Assembly: GCA_963848295.1 (NCBI GenBank)
Contig: CAWKDB010000011.1
Coordinates: 288,001 to 352,000, forward strand
Direction of reading: 5' to 3'
DNA from: an uncultured delta proteobacterium
Lineage (GTDB): Bacteria; Myxococcota_A; Polyangia; Haliangiales; Haliangiaceae
DNA: 64,000 nucleotides
This document shows positions 43,012 to 51,725 of the stretch, one piece after another (positions within the stretch are counted from its first letter, which is position 1; each line of letters begins with the position of its first letter). Both the position numbers and the translations under genes were made by a program. Under the pieces are notes generated by a model. That model was given only the letters and a program-made list of their open reading frames with translations. It made no database searches and was not told where the DNA came from.

Positions 43012-43230
43012 CTATACCTTTCTCGACGAGCTTCGCGCGCTCGCCGCGTCGCACACGTTGCGGATCCAGTCCGAGAGTCCGAGCCCTGCCGCCTTCGCAG
43101 CTCGCTCGTACGCCGCGCGTTCGCGGTCGGTCGCGCGTAGCCCGATGATCGCGGTTGGACGGTCCGCGCGCAGCGGTCGGCCGATTCGCGGAGCCTTGCT
43201 CGACTTCGTTCGCGCTCGCACTGTGACCAT
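43012..43230 (-). CDS. Small ribbon-helix-helix-like DNA-binding protein
   Basis: IGLRATDRERAAYERAAKAAGLGLSDWIR. Confidence 0.7.
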   Translation of the reverse strand: MVTVRARTKSSKAPRIGRPLRADRPTAIIGLRATDRERAAYERAAKAAGLGLSDWIRNVCDAASARSSSRKV

Positions 43231-43269
43231 CTTGCTGTTTCCGTTTAACGAATGCAAGTGCCCTCCGAA

Positions 43270-43857
43270 TTACCAAACGCGCTCGCGTAGTTTCGGCTCA
43301 GGCCCGTACCGCGTCGGCTCGTGCAGATCCGATCTCGCCACGCCGAGCCGCGCACCGGGCAACGCTCGTTTGACGCGCCGAAACGCCTTCGCCTCGATTT
43401 GGCGGATCCTTTCGCGAGTCACGTTGAGGCGCTCTCCGACCTCTTCGAGCGTGACCGCACCGCGATCGGCGATATCGAGCGAACACGAGCCCCATCGCTG
43501 AATTTGCTCGGCGAGCGCATCGGCGGCGGCTTCGAGATCGGCTTCCGATGGATCGGCCGGCACGTCGTGCGTGCCGATGGTGAGACCACCACGGAACCCG
43601 ACGTCGACGGAGAACATGTGGTGACGACACGAAATGAATGGGCATCCCGAGGCGGGACGCTTGCCGTGCAGAGGATCGCAGTCACCACGCGTTCGTGGTC
43701 GGTGCGGCTGCGCGTCACTCGTGCTCGTAAAGTCGGCGACCGGATCTGTGTTCGCGAGCACCGCGAGAGCTGCGACACGCTTCATCGCGAGCGCCTCAGC
43801 TTCACTAGCGCCGTGGCACTCGTCATCGTCCGTGCTCGCGTAGGACGTCGTCGACAA
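43270..43857 (-). CDS. Sigma70 region-4-type HTH protein with Cys/His motif
   Basis: RPRTRGDC..CPFISCRHH..CSLDIADRGAVTLEEVGERLNVTRERIRQIE; start uncertain. Confidence 0.75.
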   Translation of the reverse strand: MSTTSYASTDDDECHGASEAEALAMKRVAALAVLANTDPVADFTSTSDAQPHRPRTRGDCDPLHGKRPASGCPFISCRHHMFSVDVGFRGGLTIGTHDVPADPSEADLEAAADALAEQIQRWGSCSLDIADRGAVTLEEVGERLNVTRERIRQIEAKAFRRVKRALPGARLGVARSDLHEPTRYGPEPKLRERVW

Positions 43858-44086
43858 CCTTCGCGAGCGGTTGACGCCGGTCTCGCTTCAGCGACCTGGC
43901 GACCTGACGGCGGATCCACTCCCCCAGCGACAGCGGTTTCCCGTTGGCGCCCCTCGCCGCACTCGCGCGCCGTTTCCAGTCCCTGAACGTCGCGTCGTCG
44001 AGCCAGATCCCCGCGTTGTTACGCGCGCGCTCCGCGGCGGGCTTCGCGGGTCTGCCCGGATCTCCGAATGTTGGTCGTCGTGACAT
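43823..44086 (-). CDS. Small RHH-like hypothetical protein
   Basis: GIWLDDATFRDWKRRA..LSLGEWIRRQV; GGAG RBS. Confidence 0.55.
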   Translation of the reverse strand: MSRRPTFGDPGRPAKPAAERARNNAGIWLDDATFRDWKRRASAARGANGKPLSLGEWIRRQVARSLKRDRRQPLAKVVDDVLREHGR

Positions 44087-44209
44087 CAGTCGACTCCTGC
44101 TGTTTCAAGGAAAACAAGCCCCCCGGTCGAGGCGATTTTTCGTGGGAACGATGCCCGGGCTGAGTAGCCGCCTGTGATCATTCTGCGACCACTGCGCCAT
44201 CGGTTCCTG

Positions 44210-44944
44210 TCATCGCGAGGACGCTGCGACGTCGGCCGGACGCCACACGCCGAGCACACGCGTGACCGTGACGGCCTCGACCGCCTCGGGCTGACCGTTC
44301 GACGCGTTTGCCGCGATGTAGCTGTGCAGTCGACGAAGCCAGAACACGCGGAGCCACTCGCCACGCTGCACGCTTTCGGCGTGTGCGGCAGCGACGCGCC
44401 TACCGAGGTCGACCGTCTCGACCCCGATGCTTTTCGCAAGCTCGGCGGCCCAGGTCGAGTCGCACGTGACGAACGCCGACAGCGGCGACACGGTCGGCAG
44501 CGGGAACACGCGCTCGTCCTCCGCGGTGAGCGGCATGATCGGTCCCAGCGCTCGGATCGCGAACGCGACCTCCGCAGTGGCCACACCGGCCGCGTAGCCT
44601 TCCGCTACAACGCGTGCGGGCTCACGGATGGCGGCGAGGATGCCGGCGTTCAAAAGCTCGGCAGAAGCGAACCCGTTGGGCTCTGACGGCACGCCGAGCG
44701 CTCGGTCGAGCGTGAGCCGGATCGGAGGGATCAACGGAATCGGCGGCGGGTTTCGTGCCTCGCGAAGTTCTTGCTCTGCGCGATCGGCGTGGAGTGTGGC
44801 GCTCGCCAAGTCGTCGGCGATCGCGAGACGCTTGGCGGCCGCGACGAATTCGGGCGCGCGGCCCACGGGACCGCCGGCGGCGATTGAACCGGCGATCGCG
44901 GCGAGACGGTTTTCGAGAGCGCGAGTTTGATGGACGATGTTCAC
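44210..44944 (-). CDS. Hypothetical protein, possibly a divergent or reduced HK97-type capsid protein
   Basis: N-terminal coiled coil; ARVVAEG..GPIMPLTAE and VTVTRVLGVWRPADV resemble capsid motifs by eye; AAAGG upstream. Confidence 0.45.
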   Translation of the reverse strand: MNIVHQTRALENRLAAIAGSIAAGGPVGRAPEFVAAAKRLAIADDLASATLHADRAEQELREARNPPPIPLIPPIRLTLDRALGVPSEPNGFASAELLNAGILAAIREPARVVAEGYAAGVATAEVAFAIRALGPIMPLTAEDERVFPLPTVSPLSAFVTCDSTWAAELAKSIGVETVDLGRRVAAAHAESVQRGEWLRVFWLRRLHSYIAANASNGQPEAVEAVTVTRVLGVWRPADVAASSR

Positions 44945-45057
44945 GGTCGAGGCCTTTCGTTGTGGTCGAGAAAGCGGCTCCGCGCGACCGCGCTCCACGC
45001 CGCGAACCGGGTAGCGGTGCGGCGCATCGGAACGACGCGATGCGCGGAGCCAAAGAG

Positions 45058-45264
45058 TTAGCGGGCGAGCAGAGTCCTCGCGGCGGCGTGCGCGTCGCCG
45101 TTCTTCGCGAGGCTACGCGCGAGATCGCTGAGCGTGCACCCGGCGAGCTTGAGCTTGCGCCAGAGATCGGGGTGCTCGCTGCACGCGCGCACGGCGGCGG
45201 CGAGTTCGGTTTGGCTCGGCTCGGCAGCGAGCCCCATGGTGTGGTGTGCAGTCGGATCGCTCAT
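45058..45264 (-). CDS. Small hypothetical protein
   Basis: GAAAGG RBS; 68-aa helical ORF co-oriented with the island genes. Confidence 0.5.
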   Translation of the reverse strand: MSDPTAHHTMGLAAEPSQTELAAAVRACSEHPDLWRKLKLAGCTLSDLARSLAKNGDAHAAARTLLAR

Positions 45265-45370
45265 GACGGTGACCTTTCGTATCGGTGCTGAACGCCGCAC
45301 GCGGGATGCGCGAGGCGAATCGGTTTCTTGATCCTCGGACGTGTTCGTTCGCCGGGTTCCAGTGCTCGGT

Positions 45371-45558
45371 GTGTCCCGCCCCAATCTCTTAGGGGCGGAC
45401 ACGCCTGGACCCGGCTGTGTCCCAAGGTTCGGGACACGCACGGGACACACGGGACACACGTCGGTCGCTCCGACGACAACCGCGTGTCCCAAGGCTCCGG
45501 ACACGTTGATAGGCTGGGAGCGTGTCCCGGCGCTCGCGGAAACAACATGTCCGGACAC
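45371..45558. repeat. Iteron cluster, putative replication origin
   Basis: Ten exact GGACAC/GTGTCC copies in both orientations, directly after the helicase stop. Confidence 0.8.
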
Positions 45559-45565
45559 GCTCCGA

Positions 45566-47116
45566 TCACGGTGTCACTGCCTTCCAATTGCCGCCGTGGA
45601 TCCGCGTGATCCGCCCCGCGGTCTCTAGCCGAATAGCGGCAGCGTCGACCCTGGCGGGACGGACCCCAGTACCTCGCTTGTCCTTCACGCGGCCGATCGC
45701 GGCGTCGCGAAGATCGCGGCTACCGATCCCGATGTCGGGCGACGCCGCCACGACCGCGAGCACGATCGGATCGAGAAGCGCCGACTCCTGCGATGCGCGC
45801 GCGTTCTGGAGCGAGCCCGCGCGCTCGTGCCGGACGTACTTGCGGCCTTCGTCGTCGGCGCCAAAGCGGCGCACGATCACGAACGGCTCGACGTCAATCT
45901 CGTGGTTCGACTCGACGCTAACGACGACTTGGTGCTCGCTCGGACCACGCTCGATGCCGACCGCGTGACGCGTTGTGGCCCCGATCAAGCTCGATCCGCG
46001 AGCCCGCTGAAGCACGCCGGTGCCGGTCGCCGGCGCGTCGCCCGTCCCCTTGCGGAAGTGGTGCACGATTGGGATTGCCGTCGACGTTTCGAGCGAAAGA
46101 TCGCGCCACCGATTCATAATCGGCGCCATCCGCTCGACGCTGTTCTCGTCGGCGTTGTGGACCGTCGACAGCGAGTCGATCGCGCAGATGTCGTAGTCGC
46201 CGAGCTGCGACTTGAGCCGGGCAACGTGGCTCGGATCGTCGAGGTACAGGGCGCTCGTCGCGTCGATGTCGAGATGGTCGGCGAGTTCCCATAGCTCGAT
46301 GGTCGCGCCGCGGGCGAGCTGATGTAGCCGTCGCCGGGTCGTGCGGACCGAGTCTTCGCGCAGAAAGAGCAACACGCGACAACGCCGGTTCAGCCTCACG
46401 CCACACCACTCCTTGCGGCCGGCCGCGAGGTGCAGCATGAGATCCTCGACGAGGAACGTCTTCCCGACCTTCGGATCGCCGATAAACAAGCTCGGTTCGC
46501 CGCGGACGATCAGACCGTGCGCCTCGAACACGTCAGCCGGATTGTCGTCGGGCTCGTCGCCCACAAACTCGATGAAGGGTCGGCCGTAGCGCGGCGCCCC
46601 GTCGCTGCGTTTCAAGACCTCGCGGTAGCGTTCGTTGAACTGCTCGATCTGTCGAATCGCGTCGGCGCTGTACTCGTCCGGATCGTCGTCGCCGCGAGCA
46701 GCACAGCGAGCGATCTGATCGAGGATGATCGACAACCCGCGCTTGTACGCGGCATCTCGAACGATCGCGACGTACGCGACGACGTTGTCCGCGGTCGGGA
46801 CGCGGAGCGCCAGTTCACCGAGGAACGCGATACCCCCGACCGCGTCGAGCTTGCCGGCCCTCTCGATCTCGGCTTCGAGCGTAACGACGTCGATCGGGGC
46901 GCCGGCCGCTTCGAGGTTCCGCATCCCAGCGAACACGATCCGGTGTTGCGGCGCGTAGAAATCGCTCGGCTCCAACTGTGGCAGCGACGCGAGCTGGGCG
47001 TTGTCGAGGATAACGCCGCCGAGGATCGATGCTTCGGCGTCGAGGTTGTGCGGCAGCGACGTCGCGATCGCGCGCACCGACTGAGCGCGGCCGTTGTTAT
47101 GTGCGATCGAATTCAT
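45566..47116 (-). CDS. DnaB N-terminal domain fused to AAA_25 (RepA-like RecA-fold) helicase
   Basis: PHNLDAEASILGGVIL, DFYAPQHRIVF, PIDVVTL, GGIAFLGEL (DnaB-N); GDPKVGKT, ED, IDSL, DEN, VHHFRK, RARGSS (AAA_25). Confidence 0.88.
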   Translation of the reverse strand: MNSIAHNNGRAQSVRAIATSLPHNLDAEASILGGVILDNAQLASLPQLEPSDFYAPQHRIVFAGMRNLEAAGAPIDVVTLEAEIERAGKLDAVGGIAFLGELALRVPTADNVVAYVAIVRDAAYKRGLSIILDQIARCAARGDDDPDEYSADAIRQIEQFNERYREVLKRSDGAPRYGRPFIEFVGDEPDDNPADVFEAHGLIVRGEPSLFIGDPKVGKTFLVEDLMLHLAAGRKEWCGVRLNRRCRVLLFLREDSVRTTRRRLHQLARGATIELWELADHLDIDATSALYLDDPSHVARLKSQLGDYDICAIDSLSTVHNADENSVERMAPIMNRWRDLSLETSTAIPIVHHFRKGTGDAPATGTGVLQRARGSSLIGATTRHAVGIERGPSEHQVVVSVESNHEIDVEPFVIVRRFGADDEGRKYVRHERAGSLQNARASQESALLDPIVLAVVAASPDIGIGSRDLRDAAIGRVKDKRGTGVRPARVDAAAIRLETAGRITRIHGGNWKAVTP

Positions 47117-47118
47117 GT

Positions 47119-47304
47119 TCAGTCGATCAGTCGGCGCTCGGTGTGGGTCGGTGCGGAACGAACGTCGTCGAGCAGGCGAAGTTTGCGATCGAGTTCGAAG
47201 AGTTTTTGACGGTCCAGCCGCGCGCGATCTTCGAGACGTGCGAGGCGTGCCGCTACACGTTCGCGATCGGCGATCAATTGCGAGCGAGACCGCGCGCGCG
47301 TCAT
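47119..47304 (-). CDS. Small coiled-coil hypothetical protein
   Basis: Overlapping, translationally coupled ORF just before the helicase. Confidence 0.5.
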   Translation of the reverse strand: MTRARSRSQLIADRERVAARLARLEDRARLDRQKLFELDRKLRLLDDVRSAPTHTERRLID

Positions 47305-47615
47305 CGGCCGCGACCCCGATTCGTCGGCGACGACAGCGGCTGCGCGCCGAGCAAGACTGCCTCGATCATCGAGACCCTTCCGAGCCAGCCGCGTCCGACC
47401 TTGCGAAGCGCGCCCGCACCGACCAGCGACGGAATGAGATCGGTGAGCCAGATCCGGCGCGTCGTACCGGGAACCGCTTCGACGAGCGTCGCGACGGTCC
47501 AGCGCCGCACGGGGTCACTCGGCGCCACTGTTGCCGCACGAGGTCCGCGCGATGTCACCGGCTCCGCACCAACCGGCGCGGTCGATTCGTCGACGACACG
47601 AAGCGGCGTGATCAT
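47301..47615 (-). CDS. Hypothetical protein
   Basis: ATGA overlaps on both sides within the operon. Confidence 0.5.
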   Translation of the reverse strand: MITPLRVVDESTAPVGAEPVTSRGPRAATVAPSDPVRRWTVATLVEAVPGTTRRIWLTDLIPSLVGAGALRKVGRGWLGRVSMIEAVLLGAQPLSSPTNRGRGR

Positions 47616-47938
47616 GACGCCCGCCGTGGATCGGGATCCGCCATCGAGTGACCGGCTATGTTGCGTACCGGCCGCGCAGCGCTGATCGGGATGATCGGCG
47701 TCGCATCAGGTTCGCGCTCGTCGCCGATGTGACGCCGCGCCATCCACGCTCGCAGCTCGGCGATCTTGAAGCGTACGAGTCTCGGACCGAGACGATAGTG
47801 CGGGATGGTGCCGCGCGACACCCAAGCGCGCACGGTCCCGACGCGTACACCGAGCAGCCGGGCCGCGCCTTCGTAGTCGATCGGTTCCGCCGTGATGTCG
47901 TCGTGCGATGGCGGCGTCGTCGTTCGGTGATCTCGCAT
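47612..47938 (-). CDS. Excisionase/AlpA-like HTH_17 DNA-binding protein
   Basis: DYEGAARLLGVRVGTVRAWVSRGTIPHYRLGPRLVRF..ELRAWM. Confidence 0.85.
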   Translation of the reverse strand: MRDHRTTTPPSHDDITAEPIDYEGAARLLGVRVGTVRAWVSRGTIPHYRLGPRLVRFKIAELRAWMARRHIGDEREPDATPIIPISAARPVRNIAGHSMADPDPRRAS

Positions 47939-47996
47939 TTGAGATACCGATAGCGCCGTTCACCGCGCGCAATACCCTACGTCAGATGGCAGGTGA

Positions 47997-48734
47997 TCAC
48001 GCTGGGTTGCGGGATGCGCGGTATCCCGCTCGACGTAGCCGCTGCCAGCGCGCGTCTGCAACGTCCGCGTGACGTCGATCGAGATTCACCGCCTCAGTCG
48101 CCTGATCGTCGACGACCGGCCGAACGGCAGCATCGAGTGCACGGTCGAGCTTGCCGTGATCGTGCGAGCCGGGTCCGAGCCATTCGGCTGCCGCGAACAC
48201 GCGCCCGATTTCGTGGTCGGCGAGTACCGAGCGCGCAAGCACGTGCCATGCAGCGTCGATCGAGCCGGTCGGCAGTTGCCCGAGCCCGGCACGTGCGGCG
48301 TCGCGCATCCTTGCGGCGATCGTGATGGCGATGCCCATGATCTCCGTGAGCCGTCGCGGACTCCGCGGTCCGCGGCGATACGCACGTCGCACGCTGTCCA
48401 CCATCGCACGCTCGATCTCGCCGTCGAGCTGCGCGTGGATCGCCGCGACCGTTTCCTCGTCGAGGCCGTCGAGCTTACCCGCCCCCTTCACGCGCACCGC
48501 GTGATCGATCCGGCTCCACGATTGCTGAGCTGCGTGCATGTCGCGGCGGGTTCCACTGCGCTCGCGATCGGCATCGCGGAGTACGACCAGCTCGGCGAGT
48601 AGCCACCGCATCACAACGCGGCGTTCCTCGATACGGAGGTTCACTCGCGCGTGTCGTCGCGGATGCAACCCCGGCGCGTTCGAGGCCGCGGCGGACTTCG
48701 CATTGCGCTCGGCGGCTCGTCGCGTGCTGCTCAT
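47997..48734 (-). CDS. Hypothetical island protein
   Basis: 245-aa helical ORF co-oriented with the island core. Confidence 0.55.
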   Translation of the reverse strand: MSSTRRAAERNAKSAAASNAPGLHPRRHARVNLRIEERRVVMRWLLAELVVLRDADRERSGTRRDMHAAQQSWSRIDHAVRVKGAGKLDGLDEETVAAIHAQLDGEIERAMVDSVRRAYRRGPRSPRRLTEIMGIAITIAARMRDAARAGLGQLPTGSIDAAWHVLARSVLADHEIGRVFAAAEWLGPGSHDHGKLDRALDAAVRPVVDDQATEAVNLDRRHADVADARWQRLRRAGYRASRNPA

Positions 48735-49013
48735 GGTCCGTCTTCGTTCCCTGGTCCGCGTGCATCGAAAGGGAACCCGCCGAGCGCACGCTACGGACCA
48801 GAGACGTGCTACCGGGTGCCCCCGGTCGGCGGTGCAGCTCGAAGCTGCGAGCCCATCCTCGCGATCGAAACGTTCGCAGTCAACCGGAACGAAGCGCGGG
48901 TCCGCGATCGAGCCGCCAGTGATCGACCCGAAAGGTCAAGGCACCGTCGTGGATAACCCCCCGAGATCGTACTGTTCACGCCGAATCGCGCGGGGTCGTG
49001 GTACGCCACCGGC

Positions 49014-49754
49014 ATGCCGGGCCCGTTGCTTCCGAAAGCGCCCATCGACGAGGTGGTGTTCGGCTTCATACTCAGCACGCCGCTCGGCCCCGATGCGGTG
49101 GACGCGGGTCGCTACTTCGCGGACCGCCGGGACCGGTTCACGAAGCATGAAATCAAAGAGCCGATCCTTTCGGAGCCGGGCTGGGTCGAATCACCGGGCC
49201 CGGTGCGCGTGTGGCTTTCGTCGGAGGACGAGAGTTGGCTTGTGCAGCTGCAACAGGACCGCTTCCACGCAAACTGGCGTCGGAGGGGCGAAGCCGTCTA
49301 CCCTGGTTTCACGCGCGCCGGCGGGGCAATGCATTTCGCTCTCGATGAATTCCGGCGTTTCCAGGATTTCTGCGAGCGACTACGTGGCGAACGACCGACG
49401 GTAGCGGCGATCGATGTGTCGAAGATCGACGTGCTGGTCCAGGCGCGCCACTGGGATGACCTCGCCGATGCACTGCACCTCGTCCCCAGCCTCCGTGCGA
49501 TCTCCGAGATTACAACCGCGCCGACACCGGTCATGTCGCTCGGCTACCAGGAGTCGCTCAACGGCATGACGGTTTCCGTCTCGATCATGCCTGCCAAAAC
49601 AAAGGCCCCACCGTCGGTGTCCGCGTTCAGGTTAGAATTTCGGGCGGCCCAACCCGCAGGCGACGACCTGGAGGCGCAGTTTGTGGCGATGAACGTTGTG
49701 CTGAACGAAGCGTTTGTGCGCGCCGTACCCAATCACGAGACGAGGTTCTCGTGA
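49014..49754 (+). CDS. TIGR04255-like family protein
   Basis: LPKAPIDEVVFGF, RVWLSSEDESWLVQLQQDRFHANWRR, YPGF. Confidence 0.8.
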   Translation: MPGPLLPKAPIDEVVFGFILSTPLGPDAVDAGRYFADRRDRFTKHEIKEPILSEPGWVESPGPVRVWLSSEDESWLVQLQQDRFHANWRRRGEAVYPGFTRAGGAMHFALDEFRRFQDFCERLRGERPTVAAIDVSKIDVLVQARHWDDLADALHLVPSLRAISEITTAPTPVMSLGYQESLNGMTVSVSIMPAKTKAPPSVSAFRLEFRAAQPAGDDLEAQFVAMNVVLNEAFVRAVPNHETRFS

Positions 49755-50254
49755 GCTTCGACGGGAGTTCCAGTTCGTCGACGGTGGACGATGTCGTTGA
49801 AGCGATTCCGATCGGCCGTCCGCGTTCGCCGATGGTTCGGCGGCGCGCGACGCAGAAGCAGGACGCGACCACGGGGGACGGCAATCTCCACCGTGGGACC
49901 GTAGATGCCGGCGAGGGGTCAGGACTCGACAGTGTCGAGATGACGGCGAAGCCGTTCGTCGTCGAAGGCGATCTGCGAGCGTTCGTTCGATGGGTCGAGC
50001 AACGCAAGCTGACCTTCATCGTCAACTACGTCGCTGAAATTCTTCGAGAGATTCTTCACTCGTCGGTCGTGACAGCCAGCCTCGATACAGAGCCCGACGA
50101 TCCCGAGGTAAGCCGGGTGATGCTCGTCGCTACGGTGCGCGTGGACGACGAGCAGGCGCTAGACCACCTGTTCGGCTTCACCGGTATGCCGTGGTGGCTG
50201 GGCATCGTTCGCTCGACGCGGAATGCAGTCGTAGTCGACATCCAACGCGGGTAG
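49751..50254 (+). CDS. Hypothetical protein, putative antitoxin partner of the HEPN gene
   Basis: GTGA overlap; low-complexity N-terminus; C-domain DPE..VMLV..EQALDHL..WWL..VVVDI. Confidence 0.6.
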   Translation: MSFDGSSSSSTVDDVVEAIPIGRPRSPMVRRRATQKQDATTGDGNLHRGTVDAGEGSGLDSVEMTAKPFVVEGDLRAFVRWVEQRKLTFIVNYVAEILREILHSSVVTASLDTEPDDPEVSRVMLVATVRVDDEQALDHLFGFTGMPWWLGIVRSTRNAVVVDIQRG

Positions 50255-50259
50255 CAGCC

Positions 50260-50655
50260 GTGAACGATTGGGCCGGCTTTCTCGCGCTTGCCAAGACACT
50301 CGCGCAAGCCCTTCCAGCGGAGGGCGCCAGCCTTCGTTCAGCGATCTCGCGCGCCTACTACTCGGCGTACAATGACGCGAGGCAATACCTTCGCTCGAAG
50401 GACTTGAACTACAACCTGTCGAGAAACGACTCACAGCACGAGAAGGTGTGGACCTGGTTCTCGTCTCAGTATGGGAGGGTGACCCAAGTCGCGACGCTCG
50501 GCGAGGCGCTGCGTAAGAAGCGGAACAACGCAGACTACGAATCAACGTTTCCGAATCTCAAGTACGAGGCAGGTGACAGCGTGCAGAAGGCCCAGCGGAT
50601 CCTCGTGCTGCTCGCCGACGCGCGCACGCCGCCTGTGCGTCCACCGTCGCGATAG
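50260..50655 (+). CDS. HEPN domain protein (putative RNase toxin)
   Basis: RSAISRAYYSAY, H, LRKKRNNADY. Confidence 0.85.
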   Translation: MNDWAGFLALAKTLAQALPAEGASLRSAISRAYYSAYNDARQYLRSKDLNYNLSRNDSQHEKVWTWFSSQYGRVTQVATLGEALRKKRNNADYESTFPNLKYEAGDSVQKAQRILVLLADARTPPVRPPSR

Positions 50656-50747
50656 CTTCGACATCGGTCCCTTGGCGCTCGGTTGGCAGGGTCCACCGAT
50701 CGCGCGCTCCTACGCGAAGCTATGAGGCGACCGCGGCCGACGATCCT

Positions 50748-50763
50748 GGGGTCCACTGGGGGT
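50748..50763 (+). promoter_or_regulatory. Putative integrase arm-type site (right)
   Basis: Identical 16-mer to 41779-41794. Confidence 0.7.
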
Positions 50764-50909
50764 ACAGCTGAACGTGCACGAAGCGAATCGAGCGATCGCG
50801 AGCGTTATCGATTGTCTCTATCGCTTCGCGTGAATCCTCGACGGAGAATCGTGGTTTTCGGGAGCTTCGTCCGCGATCTCGCTCGCTTGCTCGTCGACCG
50901 CTGAAACCC

Positions 50910-50933
50910 GTTCAAGTCCCGACGGGGTCACCA
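50910..50933 (+). repeat. att core, distal copy (displaced tRNA-Glu 3' end with CCA)
   Basis: GTTCAAGTCCCGACGGGGTCAC followed by CA. Confidence 0.93.
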
Positions 50934-51118
50934 ATCTGAACGGAACGATGTCGCCGGCTTCGGCGTCGTTCGGGCCATCCATCCCGGCGTTGTAGCGCGG
51001 GTCAGCCGGTCGTGACGACGTGCTACTCGCGTCACCGCCACCAGGCCATGCGCTCCTCACGTTCGTCTCTCGTTGTCCGCACACAACCCGCCGGTCGAAG
51101 TTGCATAGGATGGTGGCA

Positions 51119-51660
51119 ATGCGCATCCGATCATGGGGTGTCGCGGTGCTCGTCGTCGCGCTCTCGGCTGTTCGTCGAAGTCGAACATGGCCGGCAGCGA
51201 CCGCGGCCGCAGTGACGGCGGCGACGGCGACAGCGGCCCCGCGTGCGGGACCTGCGCGATATCGACACCGACCTGCGGCGTGTACGAAGCGTGTGGCCAA
51301 CTCGTCAACTGCGGCATGTGCGCGTTCGACTCCTCGGCGCTGCCGTACCAGAGCCAGAGCGCGTTCGCGGCGAGCGCGCCGGGAGGCGCGATCGAGCTCG
51401 CTTATCTCTCGCAGGCCGACTTCACGGTGCACGTCGCGCTACGCCGGAGGCTCGTGGAGCGACAAGGTCGCCGTCTCGCGCCCGGTGAACGACACGCCGA
51501 CCAACCCCCCAGCCCGCGATCGCGCCCGACGGCACGCGCTGGCTGGAGTAGCGCTGACGAACATCGCGTACAAGCGAGGCGACGCGAACGATATCGGCAT
51601 CGACTCGCGCACGAAGCATGGAAGATCTACCAGACCAAGACGCCGTCAATGACGTCAGTT
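51119..51660 (+). pseudogene. Degraded lipoprotein gene fragment
   Basis: MRIRSWGVAVLVVAL, then after a frameshift LGCSS with Cys-rich CGTC..CGQLVNCGMC; further frameshifts and truncation. Confidence 0.45.
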
Positions 51661-51725
51661 AGCACCGCGGCAAACGCATGGACGTGCGCGCCGGAACGCG
51701 ATGATGATCTGGACTAAGATAGGCC

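Noticed and set aside
50910..50933. Third tRNA gene
   Set aside because: Only the T-arm 3' half and acceptor end are present; it is the att duplicate
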